From Planctomycetaceae bacterium (GTDB lineage: Bacteria > Planctomycetota > Phycisphaerae > Phycisphaerales > SM1A02): 64,000 nucleotides of DNA. Positions 27,787 through 36,085 of the stretch are shown here, piece by piece (the first letter of the stretch is position 1; each line of letters opens with the position of its first letter). The notes below the pieces were generated by a model. The model saw nothing but the letters and a program-made list of their open reading frames with translations, did not search any database and was not told the origin of the DNA. The stretch spans positions 40,370 through 104,369 of the forward strand of contig JAJTGL010000003.1 in assembly GCA_021297795.1 (NCBI GenBank), given 5' to 3'. The position numbers were made by a program, and so were the translations under genes.

Positions 27787-28218
27787 TCAGTGCGTGGCGG
27801 CCGCGGCGTCGGTACCGGCGGCGATGCCGTTCTTCTTCTTGTAGTCGGCGATGGCGGAACGGATCGAGTCCTCCGCGAGCACCGAGCAGTGGATCTTCAC
27901 CGGAGGAAGGCTCAGTTCCTCGACGATCTGCGTGTTCTTGATCGAGAGCGCCTCGTCGATCGACTTGCCCTTGATCCACTCGGTGGCGAGCGAACTCGAC
28001 GCGATGGCCGAGCCGCAGCCGAAGCACTTGAACTTGGCGTCCTCGATGACGCCCTGCTCGTTGACCTTGATCTGGAGCTGCATGACGTCGCCGCACTCGG
28101 GCGCGCCGACGATGCCGACGCCGACGTCCTTGCGCGTCGCGACGTCCTTGGACGTGCCGAAGCTGCCGACGTTGCGGGGGTGCTGGTAATGGTCGATGAC
28201 CTTGTCGCTGTAGGCCAT
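27787..28218 (-). CDS. iscU: Fe-S cluster assembly scaffold IscU/NifU-N
   Basis: MAYSDKVIDHYQHPRNVGSF, GAPECGDVMQLQI, FKCFGCGSAIASSS and LPPVKIHCSVLAEDSI are present. The start is the ATG at 28218. Confidence 0.95.
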   Translation of the reverse strand: MAYSDKVIDHYQHPRNVGSFGTSKDVATRKDVGVGIVGAPECGDVMQLQIKVNEQGVIEDAKFKCFGCGSAIASSSLATEWIKGKSIDEALSIKNTQIVEELSLPPVKIHCSVLAEDSIRSAIADYKKKNGIAAGTDAAAATH

Positions 28219-28272
28219 GGTTCTGTGCCTTTCAAAGCGCGCGAGGCGCGCGGTGCTGATGTTTTCCAATCA

Positions 28273-28373
28273 GGATCCGGAGAGTGCTTCTCCGGATCCG
28301 TACATCCCAGGATCCGGAGAGTGCTTCTCCGGATCCGTACATCCCAGGATCCGGAGAGTGCTTCTCCGGATCC
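28273..28373. repeat. three tandem copies (37-bp period) of a perfect hairpin ggatccggaga-gtgct-tctccggatcc
   Basis: The 11-bp perfect stems, 5-nt loops and 10-nt spacers gtacatccca were read directly from the sequence. The array fills the iscS-iscU intergenic gap. Confidence 0.9.
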
Positions 28374-28380
28374 GTGAAAT

Positions 28381-29619
28381 TCAATGCGTCTGCCACTCGA
28401 TCTTGCTGACGTCGATCCCTTCCTTGTAGAGATCCCACAGCGGGCTCATCGTGCGCAGGTGGTTCACCGCCTTCACGATGCCCTCCACCGCGTAGTCGAC
28501 CTCTTCCTCCGTCGACCAGCGGCCGAGGGAGAGTCGGAGGCTCGAGTGCGCGAGTTCGTCGCCGACGCCGAGGCTCTTGAGCACGTAGCTCGGCTCGAGG
28601 CTCGCGCTCGTGCAGGCCGAACCCGACGAGCAGGCGATGTCCTTGATGCCCATGAGGAGCGACTCGCCCTCGACGTAGCCGAAGCTGATGTTGAGGATGT
28701 GGGGGAGACGCCGCTCCGCGTGGCCGTTCACCTGCACGACCTCGAGGCGCGACGAGAGGTCGCGCTCGAGCTTGCGGCGCAGGCCGAGCAGGCGCTCGCG
28801 CTCGGTGTCCATCTCGTGCATCGCGAGCTCGCAGGCCTTGCCGAACCCGACGATTCCCGTGACGTTGAGCGTTCCCGAGCGCATGCCGCGCTCGTGTCCG
28901 CCGCCGTCCTGGATCGCCTCGAGACGCACGCGCGGATTGCGCCGGCGCACGTACAGCGCGCCCACGCCCTTCGGTCCGTACATCTTGTGACCCGACCACG
29001 ACATCAGGTCGATGTTGTCCTTGTCGACGTTCGTCGGCATCTTGCCGACCCACTGCGTGGCGTCGGTGTGGAAGATCGCGCCACGCTCATGGCAGAGGGC
29101 ACCGATCTCGGGCACCTCGTTGATGGTGCCGATCTCGTTGTTCGCCCACATGATCGACACGAGGATCGTGTCGTCGCGCATCGCCTCGGCGACCATCGCG
29201 CGGGTGATCACGCCGTCGGCCGGCGGCTGGAGGAACGTGACGTCGAAGCCTTCGTTCTGGAGGCGCTTGCACGGATCGAGCACGGCCTTGTGCTCGTGGG
29301 CGGCGGCGATGATGTGCCCGCGGTTCTTCGAGCCCTCGGGGCCCTTCGCGTACATGCGCGCGGCGCCCTTGATCGCGAGGTTGTTCGACTCGGTCGATCC
29401 GCTCGTCCAGACGATCTCCTTCGGAGAGGCGCCGATGAGGGCGGCGGCCTGCTCGCGGGCGAGATCGACCGCGTCCTCGCCTTCCCAGCCGAACTTGTGG
29501 TTGCGGCTCGCGGCGTTGCCGAACTTCTCGGTGAAGTACGGCAGCATGGCCTCGACCACGCGCGGATCGGTGCGGGTGGTGGCGGCGTTGTCCATGTAGA
29601 TGGGCAGCTTGACTGCCAT
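28381..29619 (-). CDS. iscS: cysteine desulfurase (IscS/NifS)
   Basis: [42 protein letters not shown] and SSGSACTS (active-site Cys loop) are present. The ATG at 29619 (MAVKLPIY) lies 8 nt after AGGAG; the track start at 29628 is a GTG inside the RBS. Confidence 0.95.
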   Translation of the reverse strand: MAVKLPIYMDNAATTRTDPRVVEAMLPYFTEKFGNAASRNHKFGWEGEDAVDLAREQAAALIGASPKEIVWTSGSTESNNLAIKGAARMYAKGPEGSKNRGHIIAAAHEHKAVLDPCKRLQNEGFDVTFLQPPADGVITRAMVAEAMRDDTILVSIMWANNEIGTINEVPEIGALCHERGAIFHTDATQWVGKMPTNVDKDNIDLMSWSGHKMYGPKGVGALYVRRRNPRVRLEAIQDGGGHERGMRSGTLNVTGIVGFGKACELAMHEMDTERERLLGLRRKLERDLSSRLEVVQVNGHAERRLPHILNISFGYVEGESLLMGIKDIACSSGSACTSASLEPSYVLKSLGVGDELAHSSLRLSLGRWSTEEEVDYAVEGIVKAVNHLRTMSPLWDLYKEGIDVSKIEWQTH

Positions 29620-29837
29620 CGGAATCACTCCTGATTTGGCGTTGATTCGGAGCCCGGAGACAACGACGAGGTGTTCCTAAGGCTCCGGAGGCCACGGAAA
29701 AGGATCCGCGGCCAACCCTCGGCCGCTCCGTTGCGACCGAGTCTCATCATAGGGGTTCCCGACGCGGACGAGGACGATCTTGGGCGCGGTTAGAATCGGG
29801 ATTCCCTCGCGGTCCTGCCGCGATCGCACGACCCACC

Positions 29838-30686
29838 ATGCGCATCATCGAAGACCCCGCCGAACTCTCCTCCTCCGCCCTGCAGGGTTGCGGCTTCGTA
29901 CCCACCATGGGAGCGCTTCATGAAGGCCATGGGTCGCTCGTGCGCCGCGCCGCCCAGGACGGTCGCCCCGTCGTGGTGTCCATCTTCGTGAACCCGACCC
30001 AGTTCGGACCGAAGGAGGACTACGCCCGATATCCTCGCACCCTCGACGCCGACTGCGCGCTGCTTGAACCCCTTGGCGTGGCGGGAGTGTTCGTGCCCTC
30101 GGTCGAAGCGATCTACCCATCGGGGCTCGAGGCTTCCCGCGACGAGGCCGCACGCCTGACTTTGCCGCAAGTTGCGACGGAACCGAGACTTGAGGACGCC
30201 TGCCGGCCCACCCACTTTGGTGGGGTCGCACTGGTGGTTGGGCGGCTCTTCGACCTCGTGCGGCCTTCGGCCGCGTACTTCGGGGAGAAGGACTACCAGC
30301 AACTCCGGCTCATCGAGGACATGGTGGACGCGGATCGTGCCCGCTACGGGGCCCTTCGTGTGGTCCCCTGCCCCACGATCCGCGAGCGCGACGGCCTCGC
30401 CATGTCGAGCCGCAACCGATACCTCGGGCCGGAGGAGCGCGAGGCTGCCAGGGCCCTGTCCCGCGCGCTGCAGGTCGCGCATTCGGCCCAACGGGTCGAG
30501 ACCGCCGAGCGGCTGATGCGCGAGACACTCGATTCCTTCGGGCTCGAAACCGAGTACGCGGTGGTGCGCGACGCGAGGACGCTGATGCCCGTCGCGGGTT
30601 TCGAGCGGCCGACCCGCGGCCTGATCGCGGCGCGCCTCGGCGCCACGAGGCTCATCGACAACGCCGCCATGACCATCTGGCGCTGA
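29838..30686 (+). CDS. panC: pantoate--beta-alanine ligase
   Basis: VPTMGALHEGHGSLV, VSIFVNPTQFGP.EDY..YPR and YFGEKDYQQ are present. Confidence 0.9.
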   Translation: MRIIEDPAELSSSALQGCGFVPTMGALHEGHGSLVRRAAQDGRPVVVSIFVNPTQFGPKEDYARYPRTLDADCALLEPLGVAGVFVPSVEAIYPSGLEASRDEAARLTLPQVATEPRLEDACRPTHFGGVALVVGRLFDLVRPSAAYFGEKDYQQLRLIEDMVDADRARYGALRVVPCPTIRERDGLAMSSRNRYLGPEEREAARALSRALQVAHSAQRVETAERLMRETLDSFGLETEYAVVRDARTLMPVAGFERPTRGLIAARLGATRLIDNAAMTIWR

Positions 30687-30791
30687 GCAAGGATCCCCGA
30701 CCGTCGCGTCTTCCCGCAATCCCGCGCGGGTTCGGGCGTATCCAACGGAATGCTCCACCGCTCCCGGTACACTTTTCGCGGAGATCCACGC

Positions 30792-32111
30792 ATGAACCAC
30801 GCCGGAACCACCCTCAAGACCCCGCTCCTTCCCCTCTCGCGCGCCCTCTCGCTTGCCTCGGTGCTTGTGCTCGTGGGCATGGGCGGCCTGGCCTCGGCCG
30901 GCGCCGACGCCGCGCTCACCGCGCAGAAGGAGTCCGCGCAGGATGGCGGCACTGGTTCGGGTGCAACGGACAAGGTCCCTGACAAGGCCGCGCAGAAGGC
31001 CGCCGAGCGTGCCGCCGAGAAGCTCGCGAAGGAGCGCGCGAAGTGGTTCGTCAAGCTCGACCGCGAGGACAAGGCCGCGACCGACGCCGCCATCGGCTAC
31101 GCGATGCCGGAGTTCCCCGCCGACGCCGAGAAGATCGGCATCGCCGCCGCGAACGCCGCCGCGCTCCGCGGCAAGGTCGTGCTGATCCAGACCTTCACCT
31201 CGCGCAACGCCGCGGGACTCGCCGCGATCGCCGAGGCGCGCGCCGCCCTCGAGAAGGCCGGACTGAAGGCCGACGACACCGCGTTCCTCGCCGTCCACAC
31301 GCCGGAAGGCCTCGACAAGGCCGGCATCGAGAAGGCGCGCGCCGCGCTCGAGAAGGCGAAGCTCTCCGCGGACGTCCTGCTCGACATGAGCGGCGCGTAC
31401 TGCGACGAGCTTGGCGCGTACAAGAAGCCCATCGCGTTCCTCGTCGATCGCCAGGGCAACCTGAAGTTCGCCGGACTCTCCGAGACCGGCATCACCGCGG
31501 CAGCCAAGGAACTTGGCGCCGAGCCGTTCGACCCGAACGTCGAGCCGAACAAGCGCGATGGCGCCGCCGTCGAGATGAACTCCGACGTGGCGTTCCCGAC
31601 GTTCTCCGAGCCCGTCGGCAGCGCCGGCGACCTCCGCGGCAAGCAGGCGCCGGCGTTCGCGGTCGAGCGCTGGTGGAACGGCGAGCCGAACATGAACGGC
31701 AAGCTCGTGGTCATCGACTTCTGGGCGACCTGGTGCGGCCCGTGCGTCGCCGCGATCCCGCACATGAACGAGCTCGCCCAGGCCTATCCGAACGACGTCG
31801 CCTGCATGGGCATCACCGACGAGAGCATGCGTCAGCTCGAGGAAGGCGCGCTCAAGCGCCGCCTCAGCAAGAGCGACTTCAAGTACGCGGTCGGTCTCGA
31901 CACGAAGGCCAGCATGAAGAGCGCCTTTGGAATCCGCGGCATTCCGCACGTCGCCGTGATCTCGTCGGACGGCATCGTCCGCTGGCAGGGCCACCCGATG
32001 TCGCTGAACGCGAACGTGATGAACACGCTGGTCGCGGCCAACCGCCAGCTCATGCAGAAGGCCGGCGGCGCGGCGTCGAGCGGCAAGCGTTGGACCAAAG
32101 CGAAGCGCTGA
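30792..32111 (+). CDS. secreted TlpA/ResA-like thiol:disulfide oxidoreductase (two thioredoxin-like halves; only the second keeps CxxC)
   Basis: There is a signal peptide. [26 protein letters not shown] is the active site. The first half ([16 protein letters not shown]) lacks the cysteines. The start at ATG 30792 is preferred over 30750. Confidence 0.8.
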   Translation: MNHAGTTLKTPLLPLSRALSLASVLVLVGMGGLASAGADAALTAQKESAQDGGTGSGATDKVPDKAAQKAAERAAEKLAKERAKWFVKLDREDKAATDAAIGYAMPEFPADAEKIGIAAANAAALRGKVVLIQTFTSRNAAGLAAIAEARAALEKAGLKADDTAFLAVHTPEGLDKAGIEKARAALEKAKLSADVLLDMSGAYCDELGAYKKPIAFLVDRQGNLKFAGLSETGITAAAKELGAEPFDPNVEPNKRDGAAVEMNSDVAFPTFSEPVGSAGDLRGKQAPAFAVERWWNGEPNMNGKLVVIDFWATWCGPCVAAIPHMNELAQAYPNDVACMGITDESMRQLEEGALKRRLSKSDFKYAVGLDTKASMKSAFGIRGIPHVAVISSDGIVRWQGHPMSLNANVMNTLVAANRQLMQKAGGAASSGKRWTKAKR

Positions 32112-32220
32112 TCACCACGGCCAAGCGCTGAGCCGAACGGTGAAGCGCTGAACCACATCGACGAAGAAGCACGATTCCATGCCGCCCGGCCACTGCGCCG
32201 GGCGGTATCTTTCGCGCCCC

Positions 32221-33168
32221 ATGGCGAAGAAACCCACGAAGTCGTCCACGCGCGCATCGAAGGCGAGCGGCGCCCGCAAGGCCCCTCGCGGCCGACGTAC
32301 CGGCGTCTGGCGCACCGCGTCGAACAGCGACCGTCACGAGCTCTACGAGCTCGCCGTGCAGGAGGTCGTCTCCGAGTGCGACTTCATCGACCGGGTGAGC
32401 CGCCGTCATCGCGGCAAGACCACGTCGTCCATCCGCGAGGACTTCTGCGGCACGGCGAAGGCCTGCACCGAGTGGGCTCGCCGGCGCCCGACGAACCGCG
32501 CGATCGGCGTCGATCTCGATCGCTCGGTGATCACCTGGGGCGAGCACCGGCATCGCGCGAACCTTCCCGAGTCGATCGCGCGCCGCATCACGATCCTCGA
32601 GGCGAACGTGCTCGAGGTCGAGACGCCCGGCGTCGAGGCGATCCTCGCGATGAACTTCTCGTACTTCATCTTCAAGGACCGAGCGACGCTGGTGTCGTAC
32701 TTCCGGAACTGCCTGAAGTCGCTCGCTCCGGACGGCATCCTCGTGTGCGACGCCTACGGCGGCAGCGAGGCGCACTCCGAGGTCGAGGAGGAGCGCAGTC
32801 TCGACGGCTTCACCTACGTGTGGGACCAGAACCAGTACAACCCGATCACGGGCGACGTGGTCAACCACATCCACTTCCGCTTCCCGGACGGAAGCGAACT
32901 GAAGCGCGCGTTCACCTACCGATGGCGGCTCTGGAGCCTTCCCGAGATCCAGGATGCGATGCGCGAGGCGGGCTTCACGAAGACGACCGTCTACTGGGAA
33001 GGCACCGACGAGAAGTCAGGAACCGGAAACGGCATCTTCCGACCCTCGACGCGCGGCGAGGCCTGCGCCGGCTGGATCGCCTACATCGTGGCCGAGAAGT
33101 CCCGCTCCCGCGGGCGGTCGGGCGGGGCGAAGCGCGTTCGCAACACCGCCAAAGCGCCAAAGAAGTGA
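32221..33168 (+). CDS. class I SAM-dependent methyltransferase
   Basis: REDFCGTAKACTEWA...RAIGVDLD (motif I / post-I) and LAMNFSYFIF...LAPDGILVCD are present. The N- and C-termini are basic tails. The start is the ATG at 32221 (MAKKPTK). Confidence 0.65.
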   Translation: MAKKPTKSSTRASKASGARKAPRGRRTGVWRTASNSDRHELYELAVQEVVSECDFIDRVSRRHRGKTTSSIREDFCGTAKACTEWARRRPTNRAIGVDLDRSVITWGEHRHRANLPESIARRITILEANVLEVETPGVEAILAMNFSYFIFKDRATLVSYFRNCLKSLAPDGILVCDAYGGSEAHSEVEEERSLDGFTYVWDQNQYNPITGDVVNHIHFRFPDGSELKRAFTYRWRLWSLPEIQDAMREAGFTKTTVYWEGTDEKSGTGNGIFRPSTRGEACAGWIAYIVAEKSRSRGRSGGAKRVRNTAKAPKK

Positions 33169-33226
33169 CCCCGGCCTGACTCCGTCGCGGCGCGGCGGTC
33201 GAAGCACGCACGATCTTCCTTCACGC

Positions 33227-34210
33227 ATGTCCTCCGCGCTTCCGACAACCCCGCTCGCCCCGAACATCCTCGCCGGACTCGAAAGAGTCGCGTCGATCTT
33301 CGACGCGCAGCTCGCGAGCGACTTCCCGGCGGTCGAGGAGCTCTGCCGCCACGTCGAGCGCTACCGCGGCAAGATGCTGCGGCCGACGCTCGTCATCGTC
33401 TCGGGCCTCTCGTTCACGCGCGACGGAGCCGAGTTGCGCGCCGAGCACGACATCGTCGCCGCCACGATCGAGATGATCCACATGGCGACGCTCGTCCATG
33501 ACGACATCCTCGACGATGCCACCGTGCGGCGGCGCGGCGAGACGGTGAACTTCCTCCGCGGGAACGAGACCGCCGTGATGCTCGGCGACTACCTCATCTC
33601 GAACGCCTTCCACCTCTGCTCGCGTGCGGGCGATCCGTCGCTCAACCTTCGCCTCGGCGAGGTGACCAACACGCTCTGCGAGGGCGAGCTGGTGCAGCTC
33701 TCGCGACGGCACGACCTGACGCTCGATGAAGCGACCTACTTCGAGATCGTGCGCCGGAAGACCGCGGTCCTCGTGGGCGCGGCGTGCGAACTCGGCGCAC
33801 GGCTTGCCGGAGCGCCGGATGCCGACGTGCGCGCGATGCTGCGCTTCGGCGAGCGCCTCGGCACGGCGTTCCAGATCCAGGACGACCTGCTCGACCTCCT
33901 CGGCGACGAGGCGACGGTCGGCAAGTCGATCGGCCGCGATCTCGAGAAGGGCAAGCTCACGCTGCCGATGATCCTGCACATCGCGTCGACCCGCGGAAAC
34001 GCCCGCATCGCCGCGCTGGACGCGATCGACGCGAAGGACGGCGCCGCGTTGCGGCGCGCGCTCGAGGCATCGGGGTCGATCGAGGCCGCCCGTGCACGCG
34101 CCGTGAGCATCGTCGAGGAGGCGAAGCGCGGTCTTCCCCGGACGACGCGCACCGGTGCGCAGGAACTGCTGCTCGAGCTTGCCGACCGCGTGGTCGCGCG
34201 AGATCACTGA
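33227..34210 (+). CDS. long-chain polyprenyl diphosphate synthase (IspB-like)
   Basis: LVHDDILDD (first DDxxD), GNETAVMLGDYL and FQIQDDLLDL (second DDxxD) are present, followed by GKSIGRDLEKGKLTLP. The start is the ATG at 33227, inside ORF 32954..34210. Confidence 0.9.
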   Translation: MSSALPTTPLAPNILAGLERVASIFDAQLASDFPAVEELCRHVERYRGKMLRPTLVIVSGLSFTRDGAELRAEHDIVAATIEMIHMATLVHDDILDDATVRRRGETVNFLRGNETAVMLGDYLISNAFHLCSRAGDPSLNLRLGEVTNTLCEGELVQLSRRHDLTLDEATYFEIVRRKTAVLVGAACELGARLAGAPDADVRAMLRFGERLGTAFQIQDDLLDLLGDEATVGKSIGRDLEKGKLTLPMILHIASTRGNARIAALDAIDAKDGAALRRALEASGSIEAARARAVSIVEEAKRGLPRTTRTGAQELLLELADRVVARDH

Positions 34211-34236
34211 GCGTCGATCGCGCTGCGCGTCGTTCC

Positions 34237-35922
34237 TCAGCTCGTCCAAGCCGAGAGCACCGCGGCGAGATCGGTCGCGCCGACCGCACCGTCGCCGTCG
34301 AGATCCGCCGGCGGGTGGGGTTCGCCCCAGTGGTTGAGAACGATCGCGAGATCGATGGCGCCGACGACGCCGTCGCCGTCGATGTCGGGCGAGCGCGCGC
34401 AGGCGGTTCCGGCGGTCGTCACGCATGCCGCATCCCACGCCGTCTCGCAGCAGTACGGATCAAGCTCGCAGACGGCGAGGCAGCACTCGGCGTCGGCGCA
34501 GGCGGGAGTCGGATGAGCGGAGGTGCACTCGCCCGCGGTCGGTGAGCCGCACACCGGGAGATCCGGGCAGGCCGCACCGCAGTAGGCGGTCGCGATCGCC
34601 GCGCACAGGACGTCCCACGCCGTTTCGCAGCAGTACGCATCCAGCGCGCACGCGCACTTGCTCGTGTCGGGGTCGTCGCAGCCGGGGCCGCCCTCCTCGC
34701 AGCAACCGTGCGCGACGGGCGGCGTTTCGACGATCGCGATGTCGTCGAACGCGGCCAGGTTCGACGTGCTCGCGCCGCTCGAGAAGCGGAACTGAACGCT
34801 CGTCTCGCCGATCAACGGCGAGAGATCGAGAAGAAGCGCCTGGCAGGTCCCTTCGAACGCGACCGGCGCCGTCCACGCCGTCGCCCACGTCGTGCCGTCG
34901 AGCGAGACATCGATGCGCGGACCGAGGGTTCCGCTCTGCTTCGAGTAGCTGAAGGCGAGCGCAGGCGCACTGAACGACGCGAGCGAGACGCACTTCGTCA
35001 CGGCCGCCGAGTACGGAAACCCCTGCGAGAATCGCATCGCCATGTCGGTCGACGTGGCGCAGCCGAGGCTCGATGTGAGGAAGGGCGCCGTGCCCTCGCA
35101 GCGCTCGAAGATCTCCGGGAACTTGGTGCAGATCGAGCCGCCGGAGTAGAGCGTTCCGAATCCGATCGAGAGCGACGAGAGGCATGCGCCCCCACCGCCT
35201 CCGCCGCCACCACTGCCGCACGAGCCGCAGCCGAACTGAGCGACCTCCGCCACGCACTGCGCGTCCCACTCGGTGGTGCAGCAGTACGGATCCTGCGCGC
35301 AGACGCAGGTCGAGATCGAGGCGTCCGCGCAGCCAGCGGCGCCGATCTCGCAGCAGGAGTGTCCGCCCGAACCACAGCAGCCGACACGTCGGATCACGAG
35401 ATCGTCGATCGTGATCGCGTTCGCATTGGCTCCATGATCGAAGCGCAGATACACGCCCTTCGAGCTTCCGAGCTGGATCGTGGCCGAGAAGGCCGTGCAC
35501 GCGCCGCCGGTCGCGGTCAGTGCACCCAGCGTGAGCGTCGTCGAGGCGGTGCAGCTCGCGGTGATCGCGTTCGTGAGTCCGTACTTCACGATCGTGCCGC
35601 TCGACGAGAACTGCGCGTACTTGAAGGAGACCTCGATCGCGGTGCAGCCGAGCGCACCCGTCGAGATCAGGATGACCGGATCCTCGCTGCCGGAATCGAA
35701 GCGCAGGGCGTTGCCCGTCGCGCAGAAGTTCGAGGAAGTGATGCTCGCGCCGTTCACGCACCAGAGGACGCGCATCTCGCCGTCGGCGAGATCGGGCGGA
35801 CCGCCGAAACTCCCGAAGTCGGTTGCGTAGAGGTCGCACGATTGCGCGACGGCACGCGACGCGCCGGAGAACGCGACGAAGGCGAGGAGAAGTGCGAGGA
35901 GTGGCCGCATCGCGCGCAACAT
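34237..35922 (-). CDS. secreted cysteine-rich repeat protein with dockerin-like C-terminus
   Basis: There is a signal peptide (LLALLLAFVAFSGASRAVAQ). Two beta-rich domains of about 170 aa are each followed by a Cys-rich module. A module of the form C..C..D.YCC.T.WD..C occurs three times. The C-terminus reads DIDGDGVVGAIDLAIVLNHWG / DLDGDGAVGATDLAAVLSAW. Confidence 0.7.
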   Translation of the reverse strand: MLRAMRPLLALLLAFVAFSGASRAVAQSCDLYATDFGSFGGPPDLADGEMRVLWCVNGASITSSNFCATGNALRFDSGSEDPVILISTGALGCTAIEVSFKYAQFSSSGTIVKYGLTNAITASCTASTTLTLGALTATGGACTAFSATIQLGSSKGVYLRFDHGANANAITIDDLVIRRVGCCGSGGHSCCEIGAAGCADASISTCVCAQDPYCCTTEWDAQCVAEVAQFGCGSCGSGGGGGGGGACLSSLSIGFGTLYSGGSICTKFPEIFERCEGTAPFLTSSLGCATSTDMAMRFSQGFPYSAAVTKCVSLASFSAPALAFSYSKQSGTLGPRIDVSLDGTTWATAWTAPVAFEGTCQALLLDLSPLIGETSVQFRFSSGASTSNLAAFDDIAIVETPPVAHGCCEEGGPGCDDPDTSKCACALDAYCCETAWDVLCAAIATAYCGAACPDLPVCGSPTAGECTSAHPTPACADAECCLAVCELDPYCCETAWDAACVTTAGTACARSPDIDGDGVVGAIDLAIVLNHWGEPHPPADLDGDGAVGATDLAAVLSAWTS

Positions 35923-36085
35923 GCAGGTCGAGGGAGTCTGACCGCAATCCGCCGGAATCCAAGCCGAGCCTGCGTCGGGCGTCGAGGGAATGCCGCGCGA
36001 ACGACCGAATGGCCCTCACAGGCCACCGAGACCGCACAGTTGAAACGCCGTCGAGTCCGACCGGACCACGACCGCTCCTCTCGAT

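Noticed and set aside
27005-28373. Possible CRISPR array, considering the direct repeats at 27005..27182 and 28273..28373.
   Set aside because: The repeats are contiguous or separated by identical 10-nt spacers, not unique 25-40-nt spacers. Periods are 17, 23 and 37 bp, and there are no cas genes in the window.
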